From assembly GCA_030604855.1 (NCBI GenBank), contig JAUVVC010000005.1:77333-109332 (forward strand): DNA of 32,000 bases, read 5' to 3'. This document shows, one piece after another, positions 16,460 through 25,478 of this stretch. Source of the DNA: Erysipelotrichaceae bacterium (GTDB lineage: Bacteria > Bacillota_I > Bacilli_A > Erysipelotrichales > Erysipelotrichaceae). Numbering within the stretch: position 1 is the stretch's first letter; the number at the start of each line of letters is the position of its first letter. Below the pieces are notes generated by a model that worked only from the letters and a program-made list of their open reading frames with translations, did no database searches and was not told the origin of the DNA. Made by a program: the position numbers and the translations under genes.

Positions 16460-16848
16460 AAAAGCTCGTTAAAATCAGTCTCATTGTACTCGCCATCTTA
16501 CTACTCAGTGTCGCTACGATGATGTTCATCTTCACGAATGGCATGGAAGAAGCCAAAGCCATTCAAGTCAAGTCAATCAATCTAAATACAATTGAGGATG
16601 GTGAGTATATCGGAAGCTTTGATTTGACACGATGGTCCAATGAAATCAAAGTCACGATCAAAGATCATAAGATCATTGATTTGGAAGTCGTAGATGATGT
16701 GCTGTTCAAAATGGATGAAATCACCAAAGCCTTGTTTGAACGTGTGATTCAGAATCAAAGTTTGGATGTGGATATTGAGACGGGTGCGACTGTGACCAGT
16801 CATGCCTATCTAAAGGCGATCGAAAATGCCTTGGAGGGAAAAGAATGA
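16456..16848 (+). CDS. Membrane-anchored FMN-binding (FMN_bind) domain protein, predicted extracytoplasmic
   Basis: N-terminal signal-anchor helix. The C-terminal motif DIETGATVTSHAYLKAIENAL matches the [ST]GAT[ST] covalent-flavinylation motif. ATGA overlap with marR. Confidence 0.7.
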   Translation: MKKLVKISLIVLAILLLSVATMMFIFTNGMEEAKAIQVKSINLNTIEDGEYIGSFDLTRWSNEIKVTIKDHKIIDLEVVDDVLFKMDEITKALFERVIQNQSLDVDIETGATVTSHAYLKAIENALEGKE

Positions 16849-17324
16849 AGACACTTGTACTCTATGCATCCAGTTACGGATATGCCCAAAGTATGGCTGA
16901 AAGAATCAAAGCAGGGCTTGCTGGGGATGTATCCTGTGTGAATCTGAACGAGAAGAAACTAATTGATTTGAGTGGTGTGGATACGATTGTCTTAGGGTCA
17001 TCCATTTATGTGGGTCAGATTCACAAGTCGATGAAAGAGTTCATCAAGATTAATCATGATTTACTCTTAAAGAAACGATTGGTGATCTATTTGTGTTGCG
17101 CCTTTGAACATGAATTTGAGAATCATCTTAAGAATAATTTCCCAATGGATCTTCTTGATCATGCCTCGATGATCCAAAATCTGGGAGGTGCCATTGATAA
17201 ATCCAAACTCAATTTTGGACACAAAATGATGGTCTCCATGATTGAGAAAACCGAAGCCGGTATGAAGCCGATCCTGCGTCATGAGGATCGAATAGAGCCG
17301 ATTCTGAAATACTTGAACACTTGA
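16845..17324 (+). CDS. Flavodoxin-like protein (HemG-type / flavodoxin_5-like)
   Basis: N-terminal MKTLVLYASSYGYAQSMAERI flavodoxin phosphate-loop-like block. 159 aa. ATGA overlap with the preceding gene. Confidence 0.7.
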   Translation: MKTLVLYASSYGYAQSMAERIKAGLAGDVSCVNLNEKKLIDLSGVDTIVLGSSIYVGQIHKSMKEFIKINHDLLLKKRLVIYLCCAFEHEFENHLKNNFPMDLLDHASMIQNLGGAIDKSKLNFGHKMMVSMIEKTEAGMKPILRHEDRIEPILKYLNT

Positions 17325-17347
17325 TTTTGTGAAATGCAGAAAACAAA

Positions 17348-17376
17348 TTGACTTTAGGGTCAATTTTATTTATACT
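17348..17376 (+). promoter_or_regulatory. Sigma-A promoter TTGACT-17-TATACT
   Basis: Hexamers at 17348-17353 and 17371-17376 with a 17-nt spacer, immediately upstream of the riboswitch. Confidence 0.7.
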
Positions 17377-17396
17377 TCTTTAGTATTCAAAATTTA

Positions 17397-17470
17397 GCCA
17401 GCAATATAATGTCTCTAATATGGTGAGGCAGTCTCTACCGGATACCGTAAACATCCGACTACTGTGGTGA
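17397..17470 (+). promoter_or_regulatory. Purine riboswitch aptamer, guanine/hypoxanthine class (C at the discriminator position)
   Basis: UAUAAU...AUAUGG...AGUCUCUACC...CCGUAAA...CCGACUAC aligns block for block with the B. subtilis xpt G-box. J3/1 reads ACU (C74-equivalent). P1, P2 and P3 pairings can be drawn. Confidence 0.85.
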
Positions 17471-17493
17471 GGCGATCAATCGCGTAAAGATTG

Positions 17494-17518
17494 AGTCGGT
17501 TTCTCCCGACTTTTTTTG
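17494..17518 (+). terminator. Riboswitch expression-platform terminator
   Basis: AGTCGG-tttctc-CCGACT followed by TTTTTTTG. Confidence 0.65.
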
Positions 17519-17559
17519 TTTGTTAAAGGGGAATACAGAAAGAAAAAAAGAGGAGAATT

Positions 17560-18939
17560 ATGGAAAAGTTTTTCAAACTTAAGCATTATGGCACCAATGT
17601 CCGCACCGAAATCGTCGCAGGTTTCACAACCTTCTTCACGATGGCGTACATTCTGATTGTCAATCCAAGTATTTTGGCGAATACCGGACTCGATCGTGGC
17701 GCTTTATTCTTGGCCACCATCTTCGCATCTGCGATCGGGACTTTGGTTATGGGCCTATTTGCAAACGTGCCATATGCACTTGCGCCAGGGATGGGCTTAA
17801 ATGCCTTCTTCACCTTCGTCGTCGTTTTTGGTTTAGGTTTCAGTCCGTTTGAAGCTTTGGGTATGGTCTTCATTTGTGGGATCATCAATATTTTGATCAC
17901 GGTCACCCGTGTTCGTAAACACATCGTCAAATCGATTCCGCTATCCCTGCAACACGCCATCGGGGGCGGTATCGGTCTCTTCATCGCTTTCATTGGTTTC
18001 AATGATGCCAAGATGTTGTTGCTGTCTCCATTCAGTGAATTTGGTACAGGTTACACAGAACTCTTAGCGTTCAAGTCACCTTCCCAAGTCCTCTTCCTCA
18101 TCGGTTTGATCCTCTCCATTGTCCTTTTGGCTAAAAAAGTCAAAGGTGCAATGTTGATTGCGATCGTTCTAACGACTTTGATTGGGATTCCTATGGGTGT
18201 CGTCAATCTCAGCGCTGCGAGTGTTGATATGGGTGCCATTGGTGCTGCCTTTGCAGCCTTGGGCGAACTCTTTGGTAAAGGCGTCACGGAAGGCATTCCT
18301 TCCTTGTTCGCAGATGCTTCCCGTTTACCAGTTGTATTAACGACGATCTTCGCATTCAGCTTATCCGATACCTTTGATACCATTGGAACCTTCATTGGTA
18401 CAGGCCGTCGTTCCGGTATCTTCTCTGAAGAAGATGAAAAAGCCTTGGAAAACGGTAAAGGTTTCTCCAGCCGTATGGATAAAGCCTTGTTTGCGGATGC
18501 CATCGCAACATCCGTGGGTGCTTTCTTAGGGACGTCGAACACAACGACTTATGTTGAATCCGCTGCTGGTATCGAAGAAGGTGGACGTACGGGTCTAACA
18601 GCTGTTACGGTAGCCGTCTTGTTCTTGGTCTCCATTGTTTTCGCACCGTTCGTTGGTTTGGTTCCTGCTGCGGCTACTGGCCCGATCTTGGTTATCGTTG
18701 GGGTCTTGATGGCGGGCGCATTCGCTGACATCAACTGGTCTGATTTTGCAGAAGCGGTTCCAGCATTCTTTGCGGCAAGCTTCATGGCATTCTTCTATAA
18801 CATCTCCTACGGTATCGGCTTTGCGTTCATCGCGTACGCTTTGATCAAAGTTGTTACGGGTAAGGCTAAGGAAATCCATCCGATCTTGGGTGTCGCTTCC
18901 TTGTTATTCGTTATCAATTTCGTCTTAATGGCCATCTAA
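17560..18939 (+). CDS. pbuG: NCS2/AzgA-family guanine/hypoxanthine permease
   Basis: N-terminus MEKFFKLKHYGTNVRTEIVAGFTTFFTMAYILIVNPSIL is typical of the family. Polytopic 459-aa protein downstream of a guanine riboswitch. Confidence 0.88.
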   Translation: MEKFFKLKHYGTNVRTEIVAGFTTFFTMAYILIVNPSILANTGLDRGALFLATIFASAIGTLVMGLFANVPYALAPGMGLNAFFTFVVVFGLGFSPFEALGMVFICGIINILITVTRVRKHIVKSIPLSLQHAIGGGIGLFIAFIGFNDAKMLLLSPFSEFGTGYTELLAFKSPSQVLFLIGLILSIVLLAKKVKGAMLIAIVLTTLIGIPMGVVNLSAASVDMGAIGAAFAALGELFGKGVTEGIPSLFADASRLPVVLTTIFAFSLSDTFDTIGTFIGTGRRSGIFSEEDEKALENGKGFSSRMDKALFADAIATSVGAFLGTSNTTTYVESAAGIEEGGRTGLTAVTVAVLFLVSIVFAPFVGLVPAAATGPILVIVGVLMAGAFADINWSDFAEAVPAFFAASFMAFFYNISYGIGFAFIAYALIKVVTGKAKEIHPILGVASLLFVINFVLMAI

Positions 18940-18958
18940 AAGCACTTCGGTGCTTTTT
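18938..18958 (+). terminator. Intrinsic terminator after the permease, with a second hairpin at 18965-18986
   Basis: AAAAGCAC-ttcg-GTGCTTTTTT, followed by GGTCAGAAC-agag-GTTCTGATC. Confidence 0.75.
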
Positions 18959-19158
18959 TCTTTAGGTCAGAACAGAGGTTCTGATCTTTCATTATGAGTT
19001 AAAAAAGTATTTGTGTTCGAGTGCAAAAACTTATCAGATGTTAAGCGTTATCGTATTGGTGTACAAAAAGTTTAATCGCAATGCAGATTTGAGTGGGATT
19101 TATGACATAAGTGATAGAAATATGCATTCCTGTTGTACAATACAAGTAACAGGTGTCC

Positions 19159-19530
19159 ATGCGTCATACCGTACTCAAGGGAATCCTTCCAACATTATTG
19201 CTGTTAATCCCCATCGGTGTTTTCTTTACGGCATTTATGCTGTTTTTCATGGACCAGATGACCATGGCGGACTATGCCGCTCAATCCTTAATCAAGCAAT
19301 CGTCTTTACAGGAAGTGACGATTCTGAAGGGAGATCTTTGTCCAAACAATAAATGCATGCATCTCTTATTTAAAGATAATGAGACTCTAGAAGAACACTG
19401 TATTTTCATCAATCCACCAAACCTGCCACTTCAGCTAGATCATGACGCATGTGAGCACAATGAGCTTCATGTCTCTGCACTGAATCGATACCTTCAAGAG
19501 GATAAAAAAGATGGACTTCTCAACCAATGA
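19159..19530 (+). CDS. Hypothetical small membrane-anchored protein
   Basis: AGGTG lies upstream of ATG 19159. One N-terminal TM helix (ILPTLLLLIPIGVFFTAFMLFF). A hairpin terminator overlaps the stop. No recognisable family. Confidence 0.5.
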   Translation: MRHTVLKGILPTLLLLIPIGVFFTAFMLFFMDQMTMADYAAQSLIKQSSLQEVTILKGDLCPNNKCMHLLFKDNETLEEHCIFINPPNLPLQLDHDACEHNELHVSALNRYLQEDKKDGLLNQ

Positions 19531-19541
19531 GAAGTCTTTTT
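19514..19541 (+). terminator. Intrinsic terminator
   Basis: GACTTCTC-aaccaat-GAGAAGTC followed by TTTTT. Confidence 0.65.
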
Positions 19542-19653
19542 AATTTGTGAAAATAAAGATGAAAAAGTTAAATCTATGGGCTGGAGCTTCGATATGTAAA
19601 AAAATTTTGCATACGAAGCGCTTACATTGCGTGCGCGTGAATAATCTTTGTAA

Positions 19654-19679
19654 TGTGATATACATCACTGTGGTATAGT
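19654..19679 (+). promoter_or_regulatory. Crp/Fnr-type palindrome TGTGA-N6-TCACT next to an extended -10 (TGGTATAGT) upstream of pflB
   Basis: TGTGATATACATCACT at 19654-19669 and TATAGT at 19674-19679, preceded by TGG. Confidence 0.45.
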
Positions 19680-19708
19680 AGATGCGTAAACACTAAAGGA
19701 GACACCAA

Positions 19709-21934
19709 ATGACGAAAGCTTGGCAAGGATTTGAATCTGGAATTTGGCAAAAAGTTGTGGATGTGGAAGACTTCATTCGTTTGAATTTTACGTACTACGA
19801 TGGGGACGATCAGTTCTTGGCCCCCATTTCAAATAACACAAAAAAGGTTTGGGAGCGCTGTGAAGAGCTACTTACCGAAGAACGTAAGTTGGGTGTATTG
19901 GACATTGAGATGGATGCGATTTCAGGCATCAATAACTTCAAACCAGGATACATCCTCCGTGAACATGAATCCATCGTTGGACTTCAAACCGATGCACCTT
20001 TGAAGCGCATCATCAATCCTTATGGTGGAATCAAACTGGCATCCAAAATCGTCGAAGGTTATGGACGCACCATGAAACCAGAATTCGAAACCTTCTTCAA
20101 CGATTATGGTAAAACACATAATCAAGGGGTTTTCGATGCGTATACGAAAGACATGAAAAAGGCACGCCACACAGGCCTATTGACAGGCCTACCGGATGCC
20201 TATGGGCGTGGACGTATCATTGGGGATTATCGTAGAGTGGCGTTATACGGAATAGATTTCTTGATTGAAGAAAAGAAACAAGACCTCGCATCCATCACCA
20301 TCATCAATGAAGAAAACATTCGCCTGCGTGAAGAAGTCAGTGACCAGATCAAGGCCTTGAATGACATCAAGAAGATGGCTGCACAATATGGTTTTGATAT
20401 CAGTCAAGCTGCAGAAACAGCACAAGAAGCCGTACAATGGTTGTATTTCGCCTACTTGGCTGCGGTTAAAGAAAACAATGGGGCGGCGATGTCATTAGGT
20501 CGTACTTCCACCTTCTTGGATATCTATCTTGAACGTGATTTGGAAGCGGGTAAGATCGATGAAGTCTATGCACAAGAACTGATCGATCAATTCATCATCA
20601 AGTTACGCCTGGTTCGTCACTTGCGCTCGCCTGAATACGATGAACTCTTTGCCGGTGATCCAACTTGGGTCACGGAAGCCATCGGGGGCGTTTCCAGCAA
20701 TGGCAAACCTTTGGTCACCAAGACATCATTTAGATACCTGCACAGCTTGACCAATCTAGGACCGGCACCAGAGCCGAATATGACGGTTTTGTGGGCAGAT
20801 ACTTTGCCTTTGAACTTTAAGAAATACTGCGCCAAGATGTCGATCGACACCGGTGCGATCCAATATGAAAATGATGATTTGATGTCTCCTCTTTATAAGA
20901 CGGATTATGCGATCGCATGTTGCGTATCGGCAATGCAGATCGGTAAGCAGATGCAATACTTTGGTGCACGTACCAACTTGGCGAAAGCTTTACTCTATGC
21001 GATCAATGGTGGACGGGATGAGAATTACAATGAACTGGTCATTGAAGGCATTCCAAACTATGACGCAGAAATCTTGGATTACGACAAAGTCATGGAGTTG
21101 TTTGACTTGATGATGGATAAGACCGCGAAGCTGTATGTCGACACCATGAACATCATCCACTACATGCACGACAAATATGCCTACGAGAAATCCATGATGG
21201 CATTGCACGATACCCACATCGGTCGTTTGATGGCCTTTGGGGCAGCGGGCTTGTCCGTTGTGGCGGATAGCTTGAGTGCGATCAAATACGCACAAGTCAA
21301 ACCGATTCGTAATGAACATGGAATCGCGGTGGATTTTGAAATCATCGGAGATTTCCCTAAATTTGGAAATGATGATGACCGCGTCGATTTGATTGCGGTC
21401 GATATCGTCAAACGTTTTGCAGATAAATTAAAAGCGCATCCACTGTATCGCGATGCCAAACACACCTTATCCATCTTAACCATCACATCCAATGTGGTGT
21501 ATGGTTTGAAGACTGGATCCACACCCGATGGACGTATGAAGGGTGAAGCCTTCGCACCTGGTGCGAATCCCATGCATGGACGCGACAACTCCGGTGCCTT
21601 GGCTTCACTGAACTCCGTTGCGAAGATTCCTTATGATGATGTCTGTCAGGATGGGGTCTCCAATACATTCTCGATCTTGCCGGAAACCTTGGGTAAATCC
21701 AAAGATGAACAAGTTGAAAACACCGTTCATATCTTGGATGGTTACTTTAATCAGAATGCCCACCATTTGAATGTCAATGTTTACTCCCGTGAAGTCTTGA
21801 TGAAGGCAATGGATCATCCAGAGCTCTATCCTAATCTAACGATCCGTGTATCGGGTTATGCGGTTCATTTCAATCGTTTGACCAAAGCCCAACAACTTGA
21901 AGTCCTAAAGAGGACTTTCCATGAATCCATCTAA
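19709..21934 (+). CDS. pflB: Pyruvate formate-lyase (formate C-acetyltransferase)
   Basis: Catalytic Cys pair IACCVSAM and glycyl-radical motif RVSGYAVHF near the C-terminus. 741 aa. AAGGAG RBS. Confidence 0.95.
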   Translation: MTKAWQGFESGIWQKVVDVEDFIRLNFTYYDGDDQFLAPISNNTKKVWERCEELLTEERKLGVLDIEMDAISGINNFKPGYILREHESIVGLQTDAPLKRIINPYGGIKLASKIVEGYGRTMKPEFETFFNDYGKTHNQGVFDAYTKDMKKARHTGLLTGLPDAYGRGRIIGDYRRVALYGIDFLIEEKKQDLASITIINEENIRLREEVSDQIKALNDIKKMAAQYGFDISQAAETAQEAVQWLYFAYLAAVKENNGAAMSLGRTSTFLDIYLERDLEAGKIDEVYAQELIDQFIIKLRLVRHLRSPEYDELFAGDPTWVTEAIGGVSSNGKPLVTKTSFRYLHSLTNLGPAPEPNMTVLWADTLPLNFKKYCAKMSIDTGAIQYENDDLMSPLYKTDYAIACCVSAMQIGKQMQYFGARTNLAKALLYAINGGRDENYNELVIEGIPNYDAEILDYDKVMELFDLMMDKTAKLYVDTMNIIHYMHDKYAYEKSMMALHDTHIGRLMAFGAAGLSVVADSLSAIKYAQVKPIRNEHGIAVDFEIIGDFPKFGNDDDRVDLIAVDIVKRFADKLKAHPLYRDAKHTLSILTITSNVVYGLKTGSTPDGRMKGEAFAPGANPMHGRDNSGALASLNSVAKIPYDDVCQDGVSNTFSILPETLGKSKDEQVENTVHILDGYFNQNAHHLNVNVYSREVLMKAMDHPELYPNLTIRVSGYAVHFNRLTKAQQLEVLKRTFHESI

Positions 21935-22652
21935 AACAGCCTTCATTCAAAAAGTCGAGACCTTTGCGACGGTGGATGGACCCGGCATCCGCACGCTCTT
22001 CTTTCTTGCGGGCTGTCCGCTCCGCTGTCTCTATTGCCACAATCCAGAAACCTGGCAAAGTGGCAAGGGACTCACCATGGATGTGGAGAAACTTGTCACT
22101 TTGGTCAAACGCTACAAGCCTTACTACGGTGAGCTGGGTGGTGTGACTTTCAGTGGGGGTGAACCCTTGATGCAGGCGGAATTCATTGCCGAAGCCTTCA
22201 AACGTTTGAAGGAAGAGGGCATTCATACCTGTTTGGATACCTCGGGCTACAGCCGTTCTCCTTATTTGCCAGAAATACTGAAGCATACGGATTTGATTCT
22301 GTATGACATCAAGGCGGCTGAACCCGAATTGTATCGCAAGATCACTGGACAGGACATGGCGGTGACGGATGATTTCCTTGCCTTGGCACAGGAATATCAA
22401 GTCCCTTTATGGATTCGCCAAGTGGTGGTACCGGGTTTGAATGACACCAAGGAACAGATGGATCAACTTGCAGATAAAATCCACAGTCTTCGTTATACCG
22501 AGAAGATAGAACTCCTTCCGTATCACACCTTAGGGGTGACAAAGTATTCCAAACTTGAAATCAAGTATCCCTTAGAGGGTGTCCCTGCCATGGACATCGA
22601 TCGCTTAAAAGAATTGGAAGATTATCTCTTCGATCAACTCCAGAACCGGTGA
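21921..22652 (+). CDS. pflA: Pyruvate formate-lyase activating enzyme (radical SAM)
   Basis: [12 protein letters not shown] (CxxxCxxC) and the N-terminal [12 protein letters not shown]-like block [13 protein letters not shown]. Overlaps the pflB 3' end by 14 nt. Confidence 0.95.
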   Translation: MNPSKTAFIQKVETFATVDGPGIRTLFFLAGCPLRCLYCHNPETWQSGKGLTMDVEKLVTLVKRYKPYYGELGGVTFSGGEPLMQAEFIAEAFKRLKEEGIHTCLDTSGYSRSPYLPEILKHTDLILYDIKAAEPELYRKITGQDMAVTDDFLALAQEYQVPLWIRQVVVPGLNDTKEQMDQLADKIHSLRYTEKIELLPYHTLGVTKYSKLEIKYPLEGVPAMDIDRLKELEDYLFDQLQNR

Positions 22653-22661
22653 AAACCGGTT
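22644..22661 (+). terminator. Short hairpin (AACCGGT-gaaa-ACCGGTT) spanning the pflA stop, a weak terminator candidate
   Basis: 7-bp stem with a GAAA loop and only a short interrupted T tract (TTTTGTTG). Confidence 0.4.
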
Positions 22662-22679
22662 TTGTTGTATACTAGGGAT

Positions 22680-23423
22680 ATGAGCTGGAATCCTTGGCAT
22701 GGATGTCATAAAATCAGTGAAGGCTGTGTGCATTGCTATATGTTTCGTGGGGATGAGCGCTACAATCGAAACCCCAATGATGTGCACAAGACAAGCAGTT
22801 TTAAGCTGCCCATTCAGAAAGATCGGACTGGAGGCTATAAGATTCCTTCCAACACCACGATCTTCACCTGTTTCACCTCAGATTTCTTCATCGAGGAAGC
22901 GGATGAATGGCGTAAGGAAGTCTATCAGATGATGAAAGAAAGAAGCGATTGTCATTTCTTTATGACCACCAAACGCATTGATCGTTTTCCCATCTCTTTA
23001 CCAGAAGATTGGGGGGAGGGTTATCCCAATGTGACGATCGCGGTGACGATTGAGAATCAACGTCAGGCAGATCTCAGGCTCCCTCTTTATACACAACTCC
23101 CAATCCAACATAAGTGTATTCTCTTAGAACCATTATTGGAGAGAGTGGATGTACGCAAGTATCTTGATCCTATTGAGGAACTGGTGGTGGGGGGTGAGAG
23201 TGGACCGGAGGCGCGACCCTGTGATTATGCTTGGGTTTTGGATCTCCGTGATCAAGCGATGGAAAAGGGCATCAATTTCACCTTTAAACAGACCGGTGCG
23301 AATTTCATCAAGGATGGGAAAAGTTATCATCTGGATCGACGTTTTCATGCCACACAGGCTAAGAAGGCACAGATTGATTTATTTATTAAACGTCTAGCGT
23401 ATCAAAATGAGGAAAGTGTATGA
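22680..23423 (+). CDS. DUF5131 (phage Gp37/Gp68) family protein
   Basis: Family-typical blocks WNPWHGCHKISEGCVHCY, FTSDFF, FMTTKR, LLEPLL, VVGGESGPEARP and FTFKQTG. The start is uncertain: ATG 22680 is preferred and TTG 22662 is possible. Confidence 0.8.
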   Translation: MSWNPWHGCHKISEGCVHCYMFRGDERYNRNPNDVHKTSSFKLPIQKDRTGGYKIPSNTTIFTCFTSDFFIEEADEWRKEVYQMMKERSDCHFFMTTKRIDRFPISLPEDWGEGYPNVTIAVTIENQRQADLRLPLYTQLPIQHKCILLEPLLERVDVRKYLDPIEELVVGGESGPEARPCDYAWVLDLRDQAMEKGINFTFKQTGANFIKDGKSYHLDRRFHATQAKKAQIDLFIKRLAYQNEESV

Positions 23424-24430
23424 ACGTTCTTACTTTATTCGGACTTAAAAAAGAAGCGGTTTTATTGGATTCCTGGTTGTATATTTTTAAAGCCATGGTT
23501 GCGATCAGTGTGGGTTTTGTCGTGGGCAATGCCTTTGCGATCACGCGTCTCGATATGATCTCGGTCTTGTTGGGTGTCATGTATAATTTGGAACCCATCA
23601 ATGTGAATGCCTTCAAAGGGGGCATCAATCAACTCTTGGCGTCCAGCTTAGGGGCACTGACGACCGGTCTTCTCATTGTACTATTTAATTATCAAATCAG
23701 CTTCATCACTGTGGCTTTAGGTATCGGATTTACGCTCTACATCGCCTTGAAGATCGATTACAGAATGGTGTCCCCAGTGGCCATCTTTACCAGCATCTAT
23801 ATGAATCAGCTCTTGCAAAGTGATGCGCAGGGCTTGCCCAGCGTCTGGTTGACCTTCCGTTTGAGAATTGTCGCTTTGGGTCTAGGTGTTTTGATCGCCT
23901 TGGTCTTCAATTACCTTTTCTCCTTGCTTTACTATCAAAAGATCGGGCGAAAACGCTTGGAATACGTCAAACGCATGACCATACTCGCCTTTGAACAAAG
24001 CCATGCGCATCTCAAACAAAACTTGAGTGCCGATCAGATGCAAGCTGTAATGACGGGTGTCTTCAATGACATCGATATGGTTCGATCCAATCTGGAAGCC
24101 ATCCAACAAGAACGATTGATTATTCATCCCAAACATGAACGTAAACAGATTGATGTGTATCTCAATGCGATCATCGAGCTTAAGCTTTTGGTTCATCTCA
24201 GTTATGACAATCTCTACCTACAAGAAGACCAGATGCGTGATTTGACATCAGAAGAAGATCGATTCTTCATCGATTTGATTGATGCCTTAAAAAAGAGTGA
24301 TTTCTTACAATCACCCCGTCTATCAGAATTAAATGTTGAGATTAAACCTGTTCAGGATCGTCTATCCGACAACATCGTCATGATGTCAAAATCCTATGCA
24401 CGATTATGTGCGTTGATGAAGTCGCTTTAA
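23420..24430 (+). CDS. FUSC-like / aromatic-acid-exporter-family membrane protein
   Basis: N-terminal half has about 5 TM helices and the C-terminal half is a soluble helical region, as in ArAE/FUSC_2-type proteins of Bacillota. ATGA overlap with the preceding gene. Confidence 0.55.
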   Translation: MNVLTLFGLKKEAVLLDSWLYIFKAMVAISVGFVVGNAFAITRLDMISVLLGVMYNLEPINVNAFKGGINQLLASSLGALTTGLLIVLFNYQISFITVALGIGFTLYIALKIDYRMVSPVAIFTSIYMNQLLQSDAQGLPSVWLTFRLRIVALGLGVLIALVFNYLFSLLYYQKIGRKRLEYVKRMTILAFEQSHAHLKQNLSADQMQAVMTGVFNDIDMVRSNLEAIQQERLIIHPKHERKQIDVYLNAIIELKLLVHLSYDNLYLQEDQMRDLTSEEDRFFIDLIDALKKSDFLQSPRLSELNVEIKPVQDRLSDNIVMMSKSYARLCALMKSL

Positions 24431-25384
24431 TTTTCGTTTCTGGAAATAAAGACCCAATAAGGTACTTACGATCGCCACATAGAAGAAGCGGAAGAGATTG
24501 TTATAGAAGATCCATTCCAATTTGAAGAGCATAAACAAACCGATGCTTAGGTACAACACGATGAAGTGTGAGAAGTAAATGAATGAACCCAAATCTTTAT
24601 ACGATTTGGGTTTTTCTGTCGTCGTTTCATCCATACAAAAGCTGAAGAGGAAATAGACTGTAGGGATGATGGATAAATACATGTTGTATTCAATGGGAAT
24701 GCCCGCATTCTCCAAACTCAACATTTCCACAAACATCATAGCGAAGCTGATGATGAAGCCTAAAAGCTTGTATCTAGTTTGGATGTTTAAAGGTTTTAGT
24801 CTAAAGGCATGTCCTAGACTTACAAAGAATAAGCCGAAAAACAAGCCATTGCGTGTGGTCTCAAAGAGGGTGAGATAAGCATCCACCCAAGTTTCAATTC
24901 CAAGAAATGAACTGAAGCCGTAGTACGCATCTCCAAACAAACCGATGACATAGAGAGTGAAACCAAGGAAGAGAATCTTTCGGATTGAAATGTGTTTCAA
25001 TAAGTAGCCTAAGCTCATGACTGCAAAAATACTTGCGGGAAGATACCAGAGATGAACATGTATGCCTAAATGCAGGATGTCCATCAAGATGTTGGCTTGA
25101 CCTGAGAAATAAGCGGATAAACGGAAGGGAAGATAAATCATGGACCATATCAGCGTCAATCTTAGAATGTTCTTCAACCATGCCTTGACTTTATCCTTTT
25201 GAGCATAGTCCATGAAGAAACCCGTTGCCATGAAATAGAAAGGTACCGCGATGCGTGCGACGACCTGTGCCGATGCGAAGTCGACACTTGGATCGAATGC
25301 GGAGAGGGGTCTAAAATGAATGATCAAAATGAGGTAAGCAAGCAGCCATCGTGCTTTATCAATTCTGGGATAGGTGATTCGCAT
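24404..25384 (-). CDS. Acyltransferase-3 family integral membrane protein (putative O-acyltransferase)
   Basis: About 10 TM segments. The N-terminal R-x10-H block (RIDKARWLLAYLILIIH) resembles the family's catalytic-His region. Confidence 0.55.
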   Translation of the reverse strand: MRITYPRIDKARWLLAYLILIIHFRPLSAFDPSVDFASAQVVARIAVPFYFMATGFFMDYAQKDKVKAWLKNILRLTLIWSMIYLPFRLSAYFSGQANILMDILHLGIHVHLWYLPASIFAVMSLGYLLKHISIRKILFLGFTLYVIGLFGDAYYGFSSFLGIETWVDAYLTLFETTRNGLFFGLFFVSLGHAFRLKPLNIQTRYKLLGFIISFAMMFVEMLSLENAGIPIEYNMYLSIIPTVYFLFSFCMDETTTEKPKSYKDLGSFIYFSHFIVLYLSIGLFMLFKLEWIFYNNLFRFFYVAIVSTLLGLYFQKRKLKRLHQRT

Positions 25385-25408
25385 GCCTTTATTTTAACAT
25401 GTGTCAAC

Positions 25409-25437
25409 TTGCATAACACTCTAAACAAGACTATGAT
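25409..25437 (+). promoter_or_regulatory. Candidate promoter TTGCAT-17-TATGAT
   Basis: Hexamers at 25409-25414 and 25432-25437 with a 17-nt spacer, upstream of the lipoprotein gene (AAGGAG RBS). Confidence 0.55.
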
Positions 25438-25478
25438 GAAGCTATAAGGATGCTTATTTAGGCACAAAGGAGCAGAAC

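Noticed and set aside
17586-18879. Several minus-strand ORFs (141, 163, 78 and 94 aa) inside the permease gene
   Set aside because: They are K/P/A/R-rich antisense translations of a hydrophobic membrane-protein gene. None has an RBS or a recognisable domain.
19011-19352. 113-aa plus-strand ORF upstream of and overlapping the small membrane-protein gene
   Set aside because: It has no RBS and a non-ATG start context. It overlaps, in another frame, the ORF that has a TM helix, an SD and a terminator.
19531-19708. pfl-motif (ZTP) riboswitch upstream of pflB
   Set aside because: I looked for the conserved GACUGGCG and CCGCCUGGGC blocks and neither is present. The leader after the candidate -10 is only about 25 nt.
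21870-22400. 176-aa minus-strand ORF antisense to pflB/pflA
   Set aside because: It lies opposite two high-confidence genes and has no motifs.
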